A DNA stretch of 63,985 nucleotides, filler included, from Bradymonadales bacterium (GTDB taxonomy: Bacteria; Bdellovibrionota; UBA2394): the NCBI GenBank assembly GCA_007693605.1. It is 4 parts of 4 records of this genome, joined end to end, with 100 filler letters (N's around TTAATTAATTAA, not from the genome) between each part and the next. Parts side by side here need not be neighbours in the genome. Positions count along the whole stretch, not along the records: positions 60,930 to 63,985 come from REDG01000003.1; 3 more parts are not named here. One strand, 5' to 3'. The translations under genes and the position numbers were made by a program. How positions within the stretch are numbered: position 1 is the first letter of the stretch; every line of letters begins with the position of its first letter. The notes under the pieces were generated by a model. That model ran no database searches and was not told the DNA's origin. It worked only from the letters and a program-made list of their open reading frames with translations. This document shows, one piece after another, positions 62,480-63,985 of the stretch.

Positions 62480-62746
62480 ATGAAACGCATGTCGACAACA
62501 ACTTTTAAAAGAGTCGGAGATAACGGTCAGATCAGTATTGGAAAAGAATGGGCTGGCAAACTCGTTCAGGTCGTTTCCTCTTCTGTGGGAGTAGAAATTA
62601 TTCCTGGCGAGTTTATTCCTGAGTCGCAAAAAATTTTCTATACAAAGGAAGCTCAGGAACAACTTGTTGCTTTCGATCAGTGGGCGTCTAAGAAGCCGGC
62701 TAAGAAATCAGATCTTAAGGCCTTAAAGAAGAAGCTCGGTGGCTAA
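62480..62746 (+). CDS. AbrB/MazE-like putative antitoxin
   Basis: KRVGDNGQISIGKEWAGK swapped-hairpin-like motif; overlaps the next gene by 8 nt. Confidence 0.7.
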   Translation: MKRMSTTTFKRVGDNGQISIGKEWAGKLVQVVSSSVGVEIIPGEFIPESQKIFYTKEAQEQLVAFDQWASKKPAKKSDLKALKKKLGG

Positions 62747-63119
62747 AAGAGATAAACGTTCAGGTGGTTCGACTCAGAATGAATTGGTCGTCTGTGACCT
62801 CGAGTTTCCAAACTTTCAGAAGTCTCTTGCTCAGTTGAATTCAAAAGAGATCAATCAATTTTTTGATGTGGTGGAAAACAAAATTCAGAAAATGACCTGG
62901 CGTCAAATCTATGCCACGAGCTCCAAATCGAAAAAACGTGGCCTGAACTGGGAAGTTATCGAAGGGCAAAAGACAGCTAAAGGAGGCGTGATTGCAAGTA
63001 TTCGCATCACGCAGAAGTCTCGGGCGAGAGTGACTCGAGATGGTAAATTCATGCGCTTCATTAGCGTCCACCCCGACCATGATTCCGCATATGAAAAGGG
63101 TGGGGGCGAAGATCTGTAG
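62739..63119 (+). CDS. Putative RelE/ParE-like toxin
   Basis: SIRITQKSRA...FISVHPDHDSAY; downstream of an AbrB-like gene. Confidence 0.6.
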   Translation: MAKRDKRSGGSTQNELVVCDLEFPNFQKSLAQLNSKEINQFFDVVENKIQKMTWRQIYATSSKSKKRGLNWEVIEGQKTAKGGVIASIRITQKSRARVTRDGKFMRFISVHPDHDSAYEKGGGEDL

Positions 63120-63262
63120 AAAGCACCTACTTCTGAAAACTTTTGGGGCTGGAAAAAAGGTCATGCTGGGTGGGGCGATTGGATCACCTTCAAGCTTAAC
63201 GGAGTTACCTCAAGGGCAGTTCTTGCTTGCGCAGAGGCTGGGACATGAATCGGGAAATAGGC

Positions 63263-63418
63263 TTAGCCCCCTATTGGGAAAAAAAATTGGCAAAGCTTGA
63301 GTTCAGTGCCTATCAAGCTTCACGAAGGGGCGGTGCGCTAAAGGTTCGGCTAGTTGGGGATCGGGTTCGTCTGCTTGGCCAGGCCGTTACCGTTTCAAAA
63401 GCAACTCTACTCATTTAA
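63263..63418 (+). pseudogene. C-terminal fragment of a PhzF-family epimerase
   Basis: LAPYWEKKL...AYQASRRGG.LKVRL.GDRV...GQAVTV without the N-terminal domain. Confidence 0.75.
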
Positions 63419-63449
63419 TAGCCGGACATTTTGGGGCTCGAGGCCTGCC

Positions 63450-63710
63450 TTATCCATAGATCTCTTTGCGATGACCAATTTTTGTAATTAAGACGGTTCT
63501 CGCGCCTTCCTCTATAACGAAAATGATTCGATAATCCCCCACTCGCAATCTTCTCGAGCCTTTGAGGCCGTAACGCAATGGCTTGCCAAAAGCGACTGGA
63601 TCGAGAGTGAGCCGCTCTTCAATGACTCGTCTTATTTTCAGACCGATGGATTTAGGCAAACTCGGAATATCATCTTCCAGTACGCGTTCAAGATATTCTA
63701 TCTGATACAA
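63450..63710 (-). CDS. RelE/ParE family toxin
   Basis: GKPLRYGLKGSRRLRVGDYRIIF...IGHRKEIY. Confidence 0.93.
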   Translation of the reverse strand: MYQIEYLERVLEDDIPSLPKSIGLKIRRVIEERLTLDPVAFGKPLRYGLKGSRRLRVGDYRIIFVIEEGARTVLITKIGHRKEIYG

Positions 63711-63941
63711 CTATTTAATTCCCCAGGCCTCTTTGTGCGAAATCCTCTTGCCCTTCGATTCACGAAGTCGCTTTTCAGATACTGCAGAAAAATAAAGATC
63801 CTCTTCAATCTCAAGAGCCTTCTCAATCAGATCTACGCTGACATTGGATAGACTCTTCCCTCGACGTTTGGCCAAAAGACTCAACGCAGCATGAGTGTCT
63901 GGATCAACAGTAATGTTTACTCGATTCTTTTCAGTGGGCAT
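63711..63941 (-). CDS. Ribbon-helix-helix antitoxin
   Basis: Paralog of 61352-61579 (ALEIEEDLYFS, SHKEAW). Confidence 0.88.
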   Translation of the reverse strand: MPTEKNRVNITVDPDTHAALSLLAKRRGKSLSNVSVDLIEKALEIEEDLYFSAVSEKRLRESKGKRISHKEAWGIK

Positions 63942-63947
63942 GGGTTA

Positions 63948-63976
63948 AGTGTTACACGGGTGTACCACCCTGTCAA
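63948..63976 (-). promoter_or_regulatory. sigma70 promoter/operator of TA operon 3
   Basis: TTGACA-17-AACACT, 6 nt before the ATG; aligns with 61587-61615. Confidence 0.7.
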
Positions 63977-63985
63977 GATGGGGTG

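Overview
The window holds four assembly contigs (1-23869, 23970-47717, 47818-60829, 60930-63985) joined by artificial 100-nt N spacers containing TTAATTAATTAA, so adjacency across a spacer has no biological meaning. Gene order and content suggest a bacterium of roughly 50% GC from the former Deltaproteobacteria (Bdellovibrionota/Myxococcota-like; an inference). Contig 1 is mostly core genes (infC-rpmI-rplT-pheST, tdk, mutL-accA-cmk-rpsA-sppA-HIT-lapA), plus a receiver/J-domain/TPR gene coupled to a type IV pilin, a candidate sigma54-dependent sRNA and a catalytically dead signal peptidase I homolog. Contig 2 carries lepA, pyrBC-carA-orf-carB-greA-recG, dsbA and purA. It also has a small accessory segment bracketed by exact 39-bp direct repeats that contains an NYN ribonuclease gene with a multi-hairpin RNA leader. 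This is the best candidate for an undescribed RNA-antitoxin or defence module. Contig 3 is a surface-polysaccharide locus followed by orphan exported proteins. Contig 4 is a dense cluster of three toxin-antitoxin-like pairs with a recurring boundary motif and ISL3 and PhzF remnants. Several families of REP/MITE-like repeats fill intergenic spaces. No tRNA, rRNA or CRISPR array was recognised.
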